Below, one piece after another: positions 46,308-57,388 of a stretch of DNA of 64,000 nucleotides. The notes beneath the pieces are model-generated. The model saw only the letters and a program-made list of their open reading frames with translations, was not told the DNA's origin and made no database searches. This DNA is from an uncultured Eubacteriales bacterium (GTDB taxonomy: Bacteria > Bacillota > Clostridia > Lachnospirales > Lachnospiraceae). Every line of letters begins with the position of its first letter. The stretch's first letter is position 1. Position numbers and translations under genes: made by a program. The stretch spans positions 4,396-68,395 of the forward strand of contig OMVQ01000113.1 in the NCBI GenBank assembly GCA_900314555.1, written 5' to 3'.

Positions 46308-47672
46308 TTAGTTCTTAAAACTATGGATTGGTGCAGGTATTCTGCCGCCTCTGTTTACAAATGCATCACAAGAGAAATTATTAACAGGCATTATTGGTGC
46401 ATATCCAAGTAAACCACCGAATTCTACTGTCTCTCCAACGCCTTTACCAATTACAGGAATAACTCTTACTGCTGTTGTCTTCTGATTAATCATACCGATT
46501 GCTGACTCATCTGCAATGATTCCTGCAATAGTTGTAGCTTTAGTATCTCCAGGAATTGCTATCATATCAAGACCAACTGAGCATACGCAGGTCATAGCCT
46601 CTAACTTCTCAATTGTAAGTGCTCCTGCTGTAACTGAATTAATCATTTCCTGATCTTCACTTACAGGAATAAATGCACCACTTAAACCACCAACATAAGA
46701 TGATGCCATAACGCCGCCTTTTTTAACCTGGTCGTTTAATAATGCAAGAGCTGCTGTTGTTCCCGGTGCTCCTACTCTTTCTAATCCGATTTCTTCAAGA
46801 ATATCTGCAACACTATCTCCAATAGCAGGTGTTGGTGCTAACGATAAGTCAACGATACCAAATGGGATACCTAATCTCTTAGATGCTTCTTTAGCAACTA
46901 ACTGACCGACTCTTGTTACCTTGAAGGCTGTCTTTTTAATAGTTTCACAAAGAATCTCAAAGTTCTCTCCACGAACTTTAGTAAGTGCAGTTCTTACAAC
47001 ACCCGGTCCACTTACACCTACATTTATAATTGCATCGGCTTCTGTTACACCATGGAAAGCTCCTGCCATAAATGGATTGTCATCAGGTGCATTACAGAAT
47101 ACTACAAGTTTAGCACAGCCTAATGAATCCTGTTCCTTAGTATATTCTGCTGTCTTACGAACGATTTCACCCATTAACTTGACAGCATCCATATTAATTC
47201 CTGTCTTAGTAGAACCAACATTAACAGAACTACATACTCTTTCTGTGCATGCAAGTGCCTGTGGAATTGAATTAATAAGATTCTCATCAGCTTTAGTCAT
47301 TCCCTTACTTACTAATGCTGAATATCCACCGATAAAGTTCACACCTACCTCGTGAGCCACTTTATCAAGTGTCTTAGCTATAGTCACGAAATCTTCAGGT
47401 GTTTTGCAAGCACTTCCACCAACTAAACTAATAGGTGTTACGGAAATTCTCTTATTTACGATAGGAATACCGAATTCTTTTTCAATCTCCTGTCCTGTAG
47501 ATACAAGATTCTTAGCTAATTTAGTGATTTTGTTATAAATATTTTCATTGACCTTGTCTAAATCTGTATCAATACAGTCTAAAAGGCTGATACCAAGTGT
47601 AATTGTTCTTACATCAAGATTCTCCTGGTCTATCATTTTATTTGTTTCATTTACTTCAAAAATGTTTATCAT
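46308..47672 (-). CDS. DUF711 / UPF0210 (PFL-like) family protein
   Basis: [49 protein letters not shown]. Confidence 0.9.
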   Translation of the reverse strand: MINIFEVNETNKMIDQENLDVRTITLGISLLDCIDTDLDKVNENIYNKITKLAKNLVSTGQEIEKEFGIPIVNKRISVTPISLVGGSACKTPEDFVTIAKTLDKVAHEVGVNFIGGYSALVSKGMTKADENLINSIPQALACTERVCSSVNVGSTKTGINMDAVKLMGEIVRKTAEYTKEQDSLGCAKLVVFCNAPDDNPFMAGAFHGVTEADAIINVGVSGPGVVRTALTKVRGENFEILCETIKKTAFKVTRVGQLVAKEASKRLGIPFGIVDLSLAPTPAIGDSVADILEEIGLERVGAPGTTAALALLNDQVKKGGVMASSYVGGLSGAFIPVSEDQEMINSVTAGALTIEKLEAMTCVCSVGLDMIAIPGDTKATTIAGIIADESAIGMINQKTTAVRVIPVIGKGVGETVEFGGLLGYAPIMPVNNFSCDAFVNRGGRIPAPIHSFKN

Positions 47673-47695
47673 TACATTTGACTCCTTTTGTAATA

Positions 47696-47968
47696 TTAAA
47701 TTCTATGCATTGAGTTAAATATATCTTCCTGCTGAATTTTAATCTGAACTCCGATTTCTTCACCTAATTTTTCAAGTTCATCAGCTATATTACCGATTTT
47801 CTTATCTGCATTGTTAGCATCTACTATCATCATCATATTGAAATAGTCCTGTACAATTGTCTGTGAAATATCTAAAATATTAATATTATTTTCAGCTAAA
47901 TATGTACATACCTTTGCTATAATTCCTACAGTATCTTTTCCAACTACAGTTATAATTGATTTCTTCAT
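47696..47968 (-). CDS. ACT domain protein (UPF0237)
   Basis: [28 protein letters not shown]; usual partner of DUF711. Confidence 0.9.
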   Translation of the reverse strand: MKKSIITVVGKDTVGIIAKVCTYLAENNINILDISQTIVQDYFNMMMIVDANNADKKIGNIADELEKLGEEIGVQIKIQQEDIFNSMHRI

Positions 47969-47999
47969 TTCTATTCTTTACCTCATTTCTAAATATATT

Positions 48000-48797
48000 T
48001 CAAACGCAAAACAGCATTGAATTAACATCTCTTCTGGCAACTTCAATATCAAAGTCACTTGCCTTATATTTATTATCACTTATCGCAATCTCTGATTTTA
48101 CGGTTTCATATGCGAGTTCTTCATAATTATTCTCTTTGCTAAGATGCCCTAACAGAATGTATTTGAGTCCATCATGTAAGATATCATTAATAAGTTTTCC
48201 TGACATCTCATTTGATAGATGTCCTCTGTCACCTAGAATTCTCTGTTTAAGATAATAAGGATAGGCACCCGCTAATAACATTCTGACATCATGATTAGCC
48301 TCTATAACCAAAGCATCTAACTTCTTAAGATTACTCACTATATAGTCATCATATTTACCCATATCAGTAGCTACCGCAACCGACTTACCGCCCTCATTGA
48401 ACCTGTAAGCTACAGGTTCAGCGGCATCATGTGATATGCTAAATGGACACACTTCTATATCACCGATATTAAAATGCTCATCAGCTTTAATCTCTACATA
48501 TAACTCTTCCGGTATATGCCCTAATTTATTATTGCTTTTTATAGCCTCTACAGTCTTAGGTGTTGCATAAATAGGTATCTCATATTTTCTTGAAATAACT
48601 CCAAGTCCGTTAATATGGTCTATATGCTCATGTGTAATTAATATTCCACTTATATCTTTCATATCAATATCATTTGCATTAAGACCGGTTTCCGTTCTCT
48701 TCTTGCTGATTCCCGCATCTACTAACAGATGTGTATTATCAGAACCTACATATATACAATTACCGCTGCTTCCACTTGCTACAGTAGATATTCTCAT
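48000..48797 (-). CDS. MBL-fold metallo-hydrolase (YycJ/WalJ-like)
   Basis: ASGSSGNC, THEHIDH, SHDAAEP, EANHD, GHLSN, HLSKENN. Confidence 0.88.
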   Translation of the reverse strand: MRISTVASGSSGNCIYVGSDNTHLLVDAGISKKRTETGLNANDIDMKDISGILITHEHIDHINGLGVISRKYEIPIYATPKTVEAIKSNNKLGHIPEELYVEIKADEHFNIGDIEVCPFSISHDAAEPVAYRFNEGGKSVAVATDMGKYDDYIVSNLKKLDALVIEANHDVRMLLAGAYPYYLKQRILGDRGHLSNEMSGKLINDILHDGLKYILLGHLSKENNYEELAYETVKSEIAISDNKYKASDFDIEVARRDVNSMLFCV

Positions 48798-48813
48798 TTG
48801 AACCTCCTATCTG

Positions 48814-50655
48814 TTAGCATGCAGCAGCAAAATGTTTCTGATACCAAAGAACAAATGCATATACTGTCCAGATTTTTCTTGCATTATCACATTTCTCATG
48901 ATAATGTCTGTCTAACAGATTAACAAGATAATCTGTGTTAAAGAATAACTCGGCTTCTTTAGATGTAAGAGTATCCTTAACTAAATTATAATATTTATCT
49001 TCTCTTAACCAGTTTCTTACAGGAATAGGGAAGCCTAATTTCTTTCTCTCTGCTGTAATATCAGGCATAAATTCACTTGCAGCTTTTCTGAAATATCTCT
49101 TTGTCTCATGCTTGTCAACTCTATGCTCTACAGGAATACTGAAAGCTACCTTTGCAACCTCTTTATCAAGGAAAGGTACACGTACTTCTAATGAATGAGC
49201 CATACTCATTGTATCTGCTTTATTAAGGATATCGCCCCATAACCATGTATTGATATCAAGATACTGCATCTTTGTTATATCATCTTTATCCTTAACCTTG
49301 TCATATATTGGCTTTGTAATGCTCTCAGGTGTATATTTCTTAATTGGTTTCTTAAGCATCTTATATATCTCAGAAGTATGGAAAATGTAAGCATTACCGA
49401 TATATCTCTCTTCAAGGTCTAAGCCTGCTCTTATCATATAATTCTTACCTTTAAAATTAACAGGTAATTTAGTAAGAACTTTTCTGACACCTCTTCTTAC
49501 TGGTCTAGGAATCGCCATCATAGGTTTTAATGCTATTGGCGATTTATATATATTATATCCACCAAACAACTCATCTGAACCCTCACCTGATAATACAACT
49601 TTAACCTGTTCACTTGCTAACTTACATAAGAAATATAATGCAATACATGATGGATCTGATAATGGTTCATCAACGTGATTCATTATCTTTGGAAATTCTT
49701 CAAAATATTCCTCTGTAGTTATTAATTTACTCTTATTCTTAACACCGACATAATCTGATAATGTCTTTGCTAAAGGTATCTCATTACATCTTGGATAATC
49801 AAAACCTACACTAAAAGTCTTGTCAAGATTACTTCTTGCAACAATGTAGCTTGAATCAACACCACCTGATAAGAAACCACCTACTTCTGTGTCACTTATC
49901 TTATGTGCTGCAATTGAATCAGCCATAACATCATTAACTTTCTTTACTGCTTCATCAAATGTAATGCTCTCATCTGTATTAAATTCAGGTGAATAATATC
50001 TCTCTATCTCGATTTTTCCATCTTTCCATAAAAGGTAATGTGCAGGTGGAAGTCTGAATATTCCCTTAAAGAATGTCTCTTTTAAGATAGAATACTGGAA
50101 TGAAAGATAACTTTCTAATGCTTCCGGATTAAATTCTTTCTTAACAGTTGGGAATTTAAGAATTGCCTTAATCTCTGAACCAAATACAAAATCATTCTCT
50201 GTCTGTGTATAGAAAAGAGGTTTAATTCCGAAGATATCTCTTGCCATAAGCATCTCTTTCTTCTCTCTGTTCCAGATTGCAAATGCATACATTCCTCTTA
50301 ATTTCTGTAATAAATCTTTACCATATTCTTCATATCCATGTACTAAAACTTCTGTATCTGCATCAGTTTTAAATATATGTCCTTTTTCAATAAGGTCAGC
50401 CTTAATATCCTGATAATTATATATCTCGCCATTGAATGTCACGACAATAGAACCGTCCTCATTATACATCGGCTGTTTACCATTAGTAATACCAATAATA
50501 CTAAGTCTTCTAAAACCAAGACCTGCCATATCATCTATATGAGTTCCCTCATCATCAGGTCCTCTATGTTTAATAGAATTCATCATTTCAATTAAATCTT
50601 CTTTATATTCACTACCTTTGCCCTCGGTTGTAATATATCCGGCAAATCCACACAT
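48814..50655 (-). CDS. asnB: Asparagine synthase (glutamine-hydrolysing) family amidotransferase
   Basis: N-terminal nucleophile MCG (ATG 50655, SD GGAG), HRGPD, NGEIYN, RDIFGIKP, LSGGVDSS, SGEGSDE. Confidence 0.93.
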   Translation of the reverse strand: MCGFAGYITTEGKGSEYKEDLIEMMNSIKHRGPDDEGTHIDDMAGLGFRRLSIIGITNGKQPMYNEDGSIVVTFNGEIYNYQDIKADLIEKGHIFKTDADTEVLVHGYEEYGKDLLQKLRGMYAFAIWNREKKEMLMARDIFGIKPLFYTQTENDFVFGSEIKAILKFPTVKKEFNPEALESYLSFQYSILKETFFKGIFRLPPAHYLLWKDGKIEIERYYSPEFNTDESITFDEAVKKVNDVMADSIAAHKISDTEVGGFLSGGVDSSYIVARSNLDKTFSVGFDYPRCNEIPLAKTLSDYVGVKNKSKLITTEEYFEEFPKIMNHVDEPLSDPSCIALYFLCKLASEQVKVVLSGEGSDELFGGYNIYKSPIALKPMMAIPRPVRRGVRKVLTKLPVNFKGKNYMIRAGLDLEERYIGNAYIFHTSEIYKMLKKPIKKYTPESITKPIYDKVKDKDDITKMQYLDINTWLWGDILNKADTMSMAHSLEVRVPFLDKEVAKVAFSIPVEHRVDKHETKRYFRKAASEFMPDITAERKKLGFPIPVRNWLREDKYYNLVKDTLTSKEAELFFNTDYLVNLLDRHYHEKCDNARKIWTVYAFVLWYQKHFAAAC

Positions 50656-50885
50656 TCCAGTCACTCCAATCATAAATAATTTGTGGTACTTGTAAATATC
50701 TGTCGCAATCATATCATAAATGTTAATCAAGGTCAAACCAAAATGCCATATATTTAGTCATATTAACAGGATAAATTAATAAAATTATAATAAACTAATA
50801 AAAGAATTGCCTTTATGACAGATAAGAAATTGCCTGCACATTTCTCATCGTCTCTTAAAGCCACGGCACTCAGAAAGAAAATAAA

Positions 50886-51806
50886 ATGAAAAATCTCTTA
50901 CTTCGTATATTTCTTTGTCTTACACTTGTTGTTTTGCTGTTTTTTCCATCCTATTGTGCTGACGGTGTCTTATTAGGTATCAAATTATTTATTAATTCGT
51001 TATTACCTGCAATTCTTCCATTCATAATTTTCTCTAACTTTATGATTCAGCTTGACTATTCATGGCAGATAGGTCGGTTGTTCTATCCTATTACGCATAC
51101 TCTCTTCGGTGTATCTTACTATGGTTCTTATGCTGTCATTATGGGCTTTCTATGTGGTTATCCGGTCGGTGCCAAAATAACTTCGGACCTATACCTTAAT
51201 GGCAGTATAACCAAAGCTGAATCTGACTACATCCTGAAATTCGTTAATCACGCCAGTCCATCTTTCATTCAGGGTTATGTTGTACTTTCGTTATTAAATA
51301 CACCTGAATACAGATTTATCGCCATAATACTTACATATCTTCCAGAAGTAATAACAGGAATAATTTTCAGACGACATAAATCATTTAAAAATATTGATAC
51401 ATCAGCTTCTAAGATAAAATATCCAATAAATAAAATACTTGATGACAGCCTGTCTAATGCTATTTTAACTGTTGTTAAAATAGGTGGTTATCTGATTATT
51501 TTTACCACTATTGCAGGTATTATTATGAAAATTACATTTATTCCTGATATCTTCAAAGTTATTATGGTAGCTTTATTAGAGATAACCTCAGGAACTTATT
51601 ATCTGTCATTATTAAATATCAGTCTGTCTCTCAGGCTTCTTTGTATTGTAGCTGCCTGCGTGCTTGGTGGAGTGTCTACATTTTTCCAGATTAACAGCGT
51701 TCTATCTAAATTTGAATACAAAAAAAGAGACTACATATATTCTAAATGTGTCTCTTTAATAATTATGATAATATTATATGTTATTTTATTTACTATATTT
51801 AACTAA
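50886..51806 (+). CDS. ylbJ: YlbJ-like integral membrane protein (nucleoside-recognition/gate family)
   Basis: LLPAILPF, GFLCGYPVGAK, LEITSG motifs; next to coaD as in Bacillus. Confidence 0.75.
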   Translation: MKNLLLRIFLCLTLVVLLFFPSYCADGVLLGIKLFINSLLPAILPFIIFSNFMIQLDYSWQIGRLFYPITHTLFGVSYYGSYAVIMGFLCGYPVGAKITSDLYLNGSITKAESDYILKFVNHASPSFIQGYVVLSLLNTPEYRFIAIILTYLPEVITGIIFRRHKSFKNIDTSASKIKYPINKILDDSLSNAILTVVKIGGYLIIFTTIAGIIMKITFIPDIFKVIMVALLEITSGTYYLSLLNISLSLRLLCIVAACVLGGVSTFFQINSVLSKFEYKKRDYIYSKCVSLIIMIILYVILFTIFN

Positions 51807-51872
51807 TATATGTACATCTGTTAAAGTAAATTTGCATATAGAAATTCACTTAATCAAATGATTTAACTCTTA

Positions 51873-52505
51873 TTATTCACTTAAATCAACTGTATAATCT
51901 TCAAATTCTGTATCTTCTGCAGCCTCCTCAGTATTCTCAGGCTGTTCTTCTACATTTTCACTTGCCTCATCCTTAGGATAAAGTTCATTTCTATTTGCAG
52001 TTACGACATCAAGACTTGTATTTAATGATTTCATAAACGCATCATATTTCATTGTAACATTTTCCATTGTATGAGTAATTATATTCTGTAAATTCTCTAA
52101 AATATCATCAGTATACTGCATTGCACCCATTCTGATGTCATTTGCATCATTAACAGCATTATCAAGTATCTGCTGTGCCTGTGCTGAAGCATCATCAACA
52201 AGATTCTGAGCCTGAACATATGCCTGCTGCATAATCTCATGTTCTGAGATAAGTTCACTTGTCTCTTCTCTTGCCTGCTGTAACATATCCTCAGCTCTTG
52301 CCTGTGCATCATTCATAATAGCTTCTTTATTATTGATGATACGCTGATATTTCCTGATTTCCTCAGGTGTCTTCATTCTAAGTTCAGATATGTACTCTTC
52401 TAACTGCTCTTTATTAACAATTATATTAACTCCTGATAATTTCTGTCTTTTACAATTATCGATAAACTCTTCAATTTCTGTTAATATCTGCTCATACTTA
52501 CTCAT
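51873..52505 (-). CDS. Conserved coiled-coil hypothetical protein downstream of coaD
   Basis: 210 aa helical protein with AQQILDNA/AQARAE repeats and acidic tail. Confidence 0.65.
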   Translation of the reverse strand: MSKYEQILTEIEEFIDNCKRQKLSGVNIIVNKEQLEEYISELRMKTPEEIRKYQRIINNKEAIMNDAQARAEDMLQQAREETSELISEHEIMQQAYVQAQNLVDDASAQAQQILDNAVNDANDIRMGAMQYTDDILENLQNIITHTMENVTMKYDAFMKSLNTSLDVVTANRNELYPKDEASENVEEQPENTEEAAEDTEFEDYTVDLSE

Positions 52506-52530
52506 TTTTTACCTCCATACCTTTTAAAGG

Positions 52531-53019
52531 TTATTTCTTGATTGAATCTATTTTTTCATGTATTTTCTCTACAACATATGGTGGAACAAATTTATCAACG
52601 TCACCGCCACACATAGCCACCTCTTTTACTGTACTAGAACACAGGTATGCATATTCAAGACTTGTCGTAAGGAAAATTGTATCAACATTTTTGTCCATTA
52701 TCCTGTTAGTCTGGGACATCTGCAACTCATACTCAAAATCTGTTACTGCTCGTAAACCTCTTATGATTATTGTTGCATCATATTTTTTAGCAAAATCTAC
52801 TAATAATCCACTAAAACTGTCTATTTTAACGTTGTCCATATGTTTTGTAACTTCCTTTAACATATTAACACGTTCTTCCACAGAAAACAATGGAGATTTT
52901 GAATTATTATTGAGTACAGCCACTATCAAAACGTCTACCATTTTAGCAGAACGTTCTATTATATCTAAATGTCCTTTGGTTACAGGATCAAAACTTCCCG
53001 GATAAATCGCTATTTTCAT
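52531..53019 (-). CDS. coaD: Phosphopantetheine adenylyltransferase
   Basis: [29 protein letters not shown]. Confidence 0.97.
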   Translation of the reverse strand: MKIAIYPGSFDPVTKGHLDIIERSAKMVDVLIVAVLNNNSKSPLFSVEERVNMLKEVTKHMDNVKIDSFSGLLVDFAKKYDATIIIRGLRAVTDFEYELQMSQTNRIMDKNVDTIFLTTSLEYAYLCSSTVKEVAMCGGDVDKFVPPYVVEKIHEKIDSIKK

Positions 53020-53084
53020 CTTATTATCATTCCAGTCTATTATTACTTTTATTATTCATAATTTATATATTATAATACGGATAG

Positions 53085-53666
53085 TTAATCATCAGATGAA
53101 CCTTTAACATCCTGATTCTTATATATAAACATATGCTTATTTGTCTTATATTTCTTCTCTTTGAAAAGCTCATATCCCATATCTTCAAGATATGAAAATG
53201 ATGTATCAAGAGATGCTTCCACAATTATCATTGTATCACTATCTATAATCTCAGATTGCTTCAATCTGTTAAGAACTTCTTTTTCTATTTCTTTATTATA
53301 TGGTGGATCCATAAATACAATATCAAACTTTGCATTTCTTCCCTCTAGCATAGAAATAGCAGACATTACATCATATGCCATTACAATACCACTATTAGCA
53401 AGTTTTGTAAACCTAAGATTCTCTTTAATACAATTAATTGCTTCTTTGTTATTTTCAACAAAAACAGCCTCTTTAGCACCTCTGCTTAGAGCCTCTATGC
53501 CAATCGCACCACTTCCGCTGAATAAATCAAGAAATCTACAGTCCTCTATATCATTCTGTAACATATTAAACAAAGTTTCCTTAATCCTGTCAGTAGTCGG
53601 TCGGGTGTTATCACCTTTTACTGTCTTTAATTGAAGACGTTTTGCAGTTCCAGCTATAACTCTCAT
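53085..53666 (-). CDS. rsmD: 16S rRNA (G966-N2) methyltransferase
   Basis: RPTTDRIKETLFN, DLFSGSGAIGIEALSRG, FMDPPY. Confidence 0.95.
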   Translation of the reverse strand: MRVIAGTAKRLQLKTVKGDNTRPTTDRIKETLFNMLQNDIEDCRFLDLFSGSGAIGIEALSRGAKEAVFVENNKEAINCIKENLRFTKLANSGIVMAYDVMSAISMLEGRNAKFDIVFMDPPYNKEIEKEVLNRLKQSEIIDSDTMIIVEASLDTSFSYLEDMGYELFKEKKYKTNKHMFIYKNQDVKGSSDD

Positions 53667-53713
53667 TTTCCGGTCAGATACCTTTCTTATAAAAAATTTC
53701 CTTTATATCGAAA

Positions 53714-53742
53714 ATATGGTTGTCCAAAATGGGCAACCATAT
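53714..53742 (-). terminator. Terminator after cheR
   Basis: ATATGGTTGTCC / GGGCAACCATAT. Confidence 0.7.
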
Positions 53743-53745
53743 GAA

Positions 53746-54525
53746 TTAGTCTTGTTTCTGATAGAAAAACGATTTAACCGATGAGTAATTTAATTCGCGG
53801 TAATTTATTATTTGTTCAGTACTTCCCACGAATAGAATTCCTCCAGGATTCAATGATTCGTTGAATTTCTTATATATCTCGGTCTTTGCTCCATCCGTAA
53901 AATATATTACAACATTTCTGCAGAGAATCAAATCACAATTAGAAATATATTCATCTTGTAATAAATTATGATGTCTGAATTCAACACATTTCTTAATTCT
54001 ATCACTTATTCGATAATTTTTCTCGCCAATCTTCGTAAAGTACATATCTACAAAGTCTTTTGGAAGATTTGCAAGGCTTTTGGCATTATATACACCCACA
54101 TTTGCTTTCTCTAAAACCTGTTTATCAATATCTGTTGCAATAACTGATATATCACTTAAAGGCATATACTTAGAAAGCAACATTACCAATGAGTATGGCT
54201 CATCACCTGTAGAACAGGCTGCACTCCATATCTTCAGTTTACCATTTGCTGAACTCTTCAGAAGTCCAGGAAGTATACTGTCTTCTAAAATCTCCCATTG
54301 GTCAGGGTTTCTATAAAATTCGGACACATTGATGGTAATATAACTTATGAATTCCTCGAAAATCTCCTTGTTATTCTTAAGTGCCTCTACATATTCACTG
54401 TATCCGTTAAAATTATGTTTCGCTATAAGAGCGTCAATTCTTCTCTTCATCTGACGCTCTTTATAGCAATTTAAATCAATATGAGTTAATCCATATACAG
54501 GCAGCTTGAATTGTTCGTAATCCAT
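53746..54525 (-). CDS. cheR: Chemotaxis protein-glutamate O-methyltransferase
   Basis: TINVSEFYR, IWSAACSTGDEPYS, ATDID, CRNVVIYF. Confidence 0.94.
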   Translation of the reverse strand: MDYEQFKLPVYGLTHIDLNCYKERQMKRRIDALIAKHNFNGYSEYVEALKNNKEIFEEFISYITINVSEFYRNPDQWEILEDSILPGLLKSSANGKLKIWSAACSTGDEPYSLVMLLSKYMPLSDISVIATDIDKQVLEKANVGVYNAKSLANLPKDFVDMYFTKIGEKNYRISDRIKKCVEFRHHNLLQDEYISNCDLILCRNVVIYFTDGAKTEIYKKFNESLNPGGILFVGSTEQIINYRELNYSSVKSFFYQKQD

Positions 54526-54540
54526 TATAGCCTCCCTGAA

Positions 54541-55650
54541 TTATTCTTCAGTATCAGCCTCTGCTTCTGCTTCATCTGCTGAATCAGCTTCTAATGCTTT
54601 AATACTTAAACTTACTTTCTTAGCTTCTGCATTGAAATCAACGATCTTAGCTTCTACTTCCTGACCGATTGAAAGAACATCAGCAGGTTTGTTGATTCTT
54701 GTCTTAGAAATCTGTGATACATGAAGTAATGCATCAACACCTGGCTCTAATTCAACGAATGCACCAAAGTCAGCCATTCTTGCAACTTTACCCTTAACAA
54801 CATCACCAACATGATATTTATCCGCTGCTGTTGTCCATGGGTTTGTCTCATCAAATTTGCAACTTAAAGCAATCTTATTGCCTTTAATTTCTTTAATGAT
54901 ACATTTAACTTTATCACCTGTTTTAAAGATATCCTGTGGATTCTCAACTCTTCCCCAAGACATCTCAGAGATATGAAGTAATCCGTCCATTCCACCTAAA
55001 TCAACAAATGCACCAAAGCTTGTTACATTCTTAACTGTTCCTTCTACAACATCGCCTTCTTTGATTGATTCAAGTAAAGCTTTCTGTTTCTCTTCTTTAG
55101 CTGCTACTAAAAGAGTCTTTCTGTTACCAATAATTCTTCTCTTTCTTGGATTAGAATTTGGTGTAAATTCTGTAACAACGAATTCGATTTCTTTATCTGC
55201 ATATTTAGATAAATCTTTCTCGTATGTGTCTGATACAAGACTTGCAGGAATAAAGATCTCTGTTTCGTCAACTACAACTGTAAGTCCACCGGCTCTTACC
55301 TGTGTAACTTTTGCTTTGAGAACTTCTTTGTTGTTATAAGCTTCTTCAATACGTTTGCTTCCTTTTTCAGCAGCAAGACGTTTGTATGAAAGTACAACCT
55401 GACCTTCACCATCATTAACTTTAACAACTTTTGCTTCCATTGTGTCACCTACAGATACACATGTTCTTAAATCAACGTTTGGTGTATTTGTATATTCACT
55501 ACGACTAACAATACCATCTGCTTTGTAACCTATATTTAAGACGATTTCGTCTTCTTTAACGCTGATTACTGTGCCCTCAACGACTTCTCCTGTACTTATT
55601 TGTTTCATTCCCTGTTCTTCAAATAACTGTTCAAAACTTAACTCTGACAT
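54541..55650 (-). CDS. rpsA: 30S ribosomal protein S1 (four S1 domains)
   Basis: Repeated S1 motifs (FGAFVDLGGMDGLLHISE, FGAFVELEPGVDALLHVSQ); own GGAGG SD. Confidence 0.92.
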   Translation of the reverse strand: MSELSFEQLFEEQGMKQISTGEVVEGTVISVKEDEIVLNIGYKADGIVSRSEYTNTPNVDLRTCVSVGDTMEAKVVKVNDGEGQVVLSYKRLAAEKGSKRIEEAYNNKEVLKAKVTQVRAGGLTVVVDETEIFIPASLVSDTYEKDLSKYADKEIEFVVTEFTPNSNPRKRRIIGNRKTLLVAAKEEKQKALLESIKEGDVVEGTVKNVTSFGAFVDLGGMDGLLHISEMSWGRVENPQDIFKTGDKVKCIIKEIKGNKIALSCKFDETNPWTTAADKYHVGDVVKGKVARMADFGAFVELEPGVDALLHVSQISKTRINKPADVLSIGQEVEAKIVDFNAEAKKVSLSIKALEADSADEAEAEADTEE

Positions 55651-56521
55651 TAGTATGAACCTCCTCGATTATATTATTTGGGGTTGAAGCCCCAGCTGTA
55701 ATACCTACGCTACCTATTTCAATATTATCTAATTCTAAATCATCTAATGTTTGTATATAGTAAGTATTATTACATTCGCTTTTGCATATTTCATACAACT
55801 TTTGTGTATTTGAACTGTTCTTTCCACCAATGACAATCATGGTGTCAACTTGCTTTGCTATCTCTCTCGCCTCTCGTTGACGTTCGTGTGTAGCGCTACA
55901 AATTGTGTCTAAAACATTTATATCATAACCCTTTTTTGAAATAATTTCAACTAAATTATTAAATTTCTTGTAATTAAATGTCGTTTGAGATACAATACAC
56001 ACTTTCTTTGGTTCTTTTAGCTCGAATTCTTCGGCTTCTTTAGCTGTTCCAATGATTGTCGTATCATCTCCTGCCCAGCCTTTTATACCCTTTACTTCAG
56101 GGTGGTCTGAATTACCGATTATTATAATGTGCTTATTATTATTCTTTTCATTTTGCACAATCTTATGAATTTTTCTAACAAAAGGACAGGTTGCATCTAC
56201 TAAAACAAGATTATTTTCTTCTATTATGTCGTATACTTCCTTTGTTGCACCATGAGAACGTATAATAACTATTCCATCTTTCGTATTTTCTAACTCTTCT
56301 TTAGAATTAATAACACTGACACCTTTATTTTCTAAATCTTTAACTACTTCCTCATTGTGTATGATAGGTCCATAAGTATATATTTGCTTGTGCATGGGAT
56401 TATCATTAATCTGTTCATATACTTTATCAACTGCTCTCTTTACGCCAAAGCAGAAGCCAGCACTTTTAGCAACAATTATATTCTTATCTGCATTCAAATT
56501 ATCTTTCATGCTTTTCTCCAT
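55631..56521 (-). CDS. ispH: 4-hydroxy-3-methylbut-2-enyl diphosphate reductase
   Basis: AGFCFGV, IIHN, DATCPFV, TICSAT, SSNT, GITAGASTP. Confidence 0.96.
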   Translation of the reverse strand: MEKSMKDNLNADKNIIVAKSAGFCFGVKRAVDKVYEQINDNPMHKQIYTYGPIIHNEEVVKDLENKGVSVINSKEELENTKDGIVIIRSHGATKEVYDIIEENNLVLVDATCPFVRKIHKIVQNEKNNNKHIIIIGNSDHPEVKGIKGWAGDDTTIIGTAKEAEEFELKEPKKVCIVSQTTFNYKKFNNLVEIISKKGYDINVLDTICSATHERQREAREIAKQVDTMIVIGGKNSSNTQKLYEICKSECNNTYYIQTLDDLELDNIEIGSVGITAGASTPNNIIEEVHTNVRVKF

Positions 56522-56553
56522 ATTCTTAAAAATTCTATTATACTACACTTATA

Positions 56554-57222
56554 CTACAATGCTTCATCTATATATTCAATTATCTTATCAACCACTTCAT
56601 CGATAGTCATATCAGAAGAATCTAAGATTACGGCACCCTCAGCTACAGTTAAAGGAGCACATTCCCTATGGGAATCTCTGTAATCACGCTTCTCAATTTC
56701 AGCCTCTATCTCTTCAATTGTTCCTGTATAGCCCTTTTCTTTCTGTTCGATAAATCTTCTCTTGGCTCTTGTATGCACTGACGCTGTAAGATATATCTTA
56801 ACTTCGGCATCTGGAAGTACATTAGAACCAATATCTCTTCCATCCATAATTACATTTTCTGTCTTGGCTATATTTCTCTGAAGTTCTAATAATTTAGCCC
56901 TTACCTGTGGATATGCCGAAACTGCTGAAGTCATCTGACTTACTTCTTCTGTTCTTATAAATGCATTAACATTTTCGCCATTTAGTAATACTTTCTGCTC
57001 TCCGTTTTCATATTCAATTGTAACGTCACAGTTTTCGCATACTTTGACTACACCGGCTTCATCATCTGCTAAAATATTTTCTCTTATGCACGCAAGTGCC
57101 ATTGCTCTGTACATTGCACCTGTATCCACATAGATAAACTGCTTCTTTGCTGCTGCAAGCTTTGCTATTGTACTCTTTCCCGCTCCTGCTGGTCCATCAA
57201 TTGCTACATTTATTTTTTTCAT
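56554..57222 (-). CDS. cmk: Cytidylate kinase
   Basis: AIDGPAGAGKST, DTGAMYR, MDGRDIG, RDYRD; start ATG 57222 (ORF-track extension runs through the repeat). Confidence 0.95.
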   Translation of the reverse strand: MKKINVAIDGPAGAGKSTIAKLAAAKKQFIYVDTGAMYRAMALACIRENILADDEAGVVKVCENCDVTIEYENGEQKVLLNGENVNAFIRTEEVSQMTSAVSAYPQVRAKLLELQRNIAKTENVIMDGRDIGSNVLPDAEVKIYLTASVHTRAKRRFIEQKEKGYTGTIEEIEAEIEKRDYRDSHRECAPLTVAEGAVILDSSDMTIDEVVDKIIEYIDEAL

Positions 57223-57240
57223 ACTAATCCTCATTTCTGA

Positions 57241-57386
57241 GCGACTTGTTGCGAAAGGGCGATGAGAAATTCGCATAGGCGATTTCTCATCTGCCATAAA
57301 AGCTATTTGCTTTCGCTCCGAAGCAAATAGCTGTGTGAAAGAATTGGTGCATCGGCACAATTCTTTCACACTTATCTCCATTTCTG
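57241..57386. repeat. Family B multi-hairpin cassette between baiN-like gene and cmk
   Basis: Hairpins GATGAGAAAT/ATTTCTCATC, AGCTATTTGCTT/AAGCAAATAGCT and GTGTGAAAGAATTG/CAATTCTTTCACAC. Confidence 0.85.
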
Positions 57387-57388
57387 TT

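Noticed and set aside
50656-50736. N-terminal extension of asnB
   Set aside because: Ntn amidotransferases need Cys at position 2; ATG 50655 gives MCG with a GGAG SD
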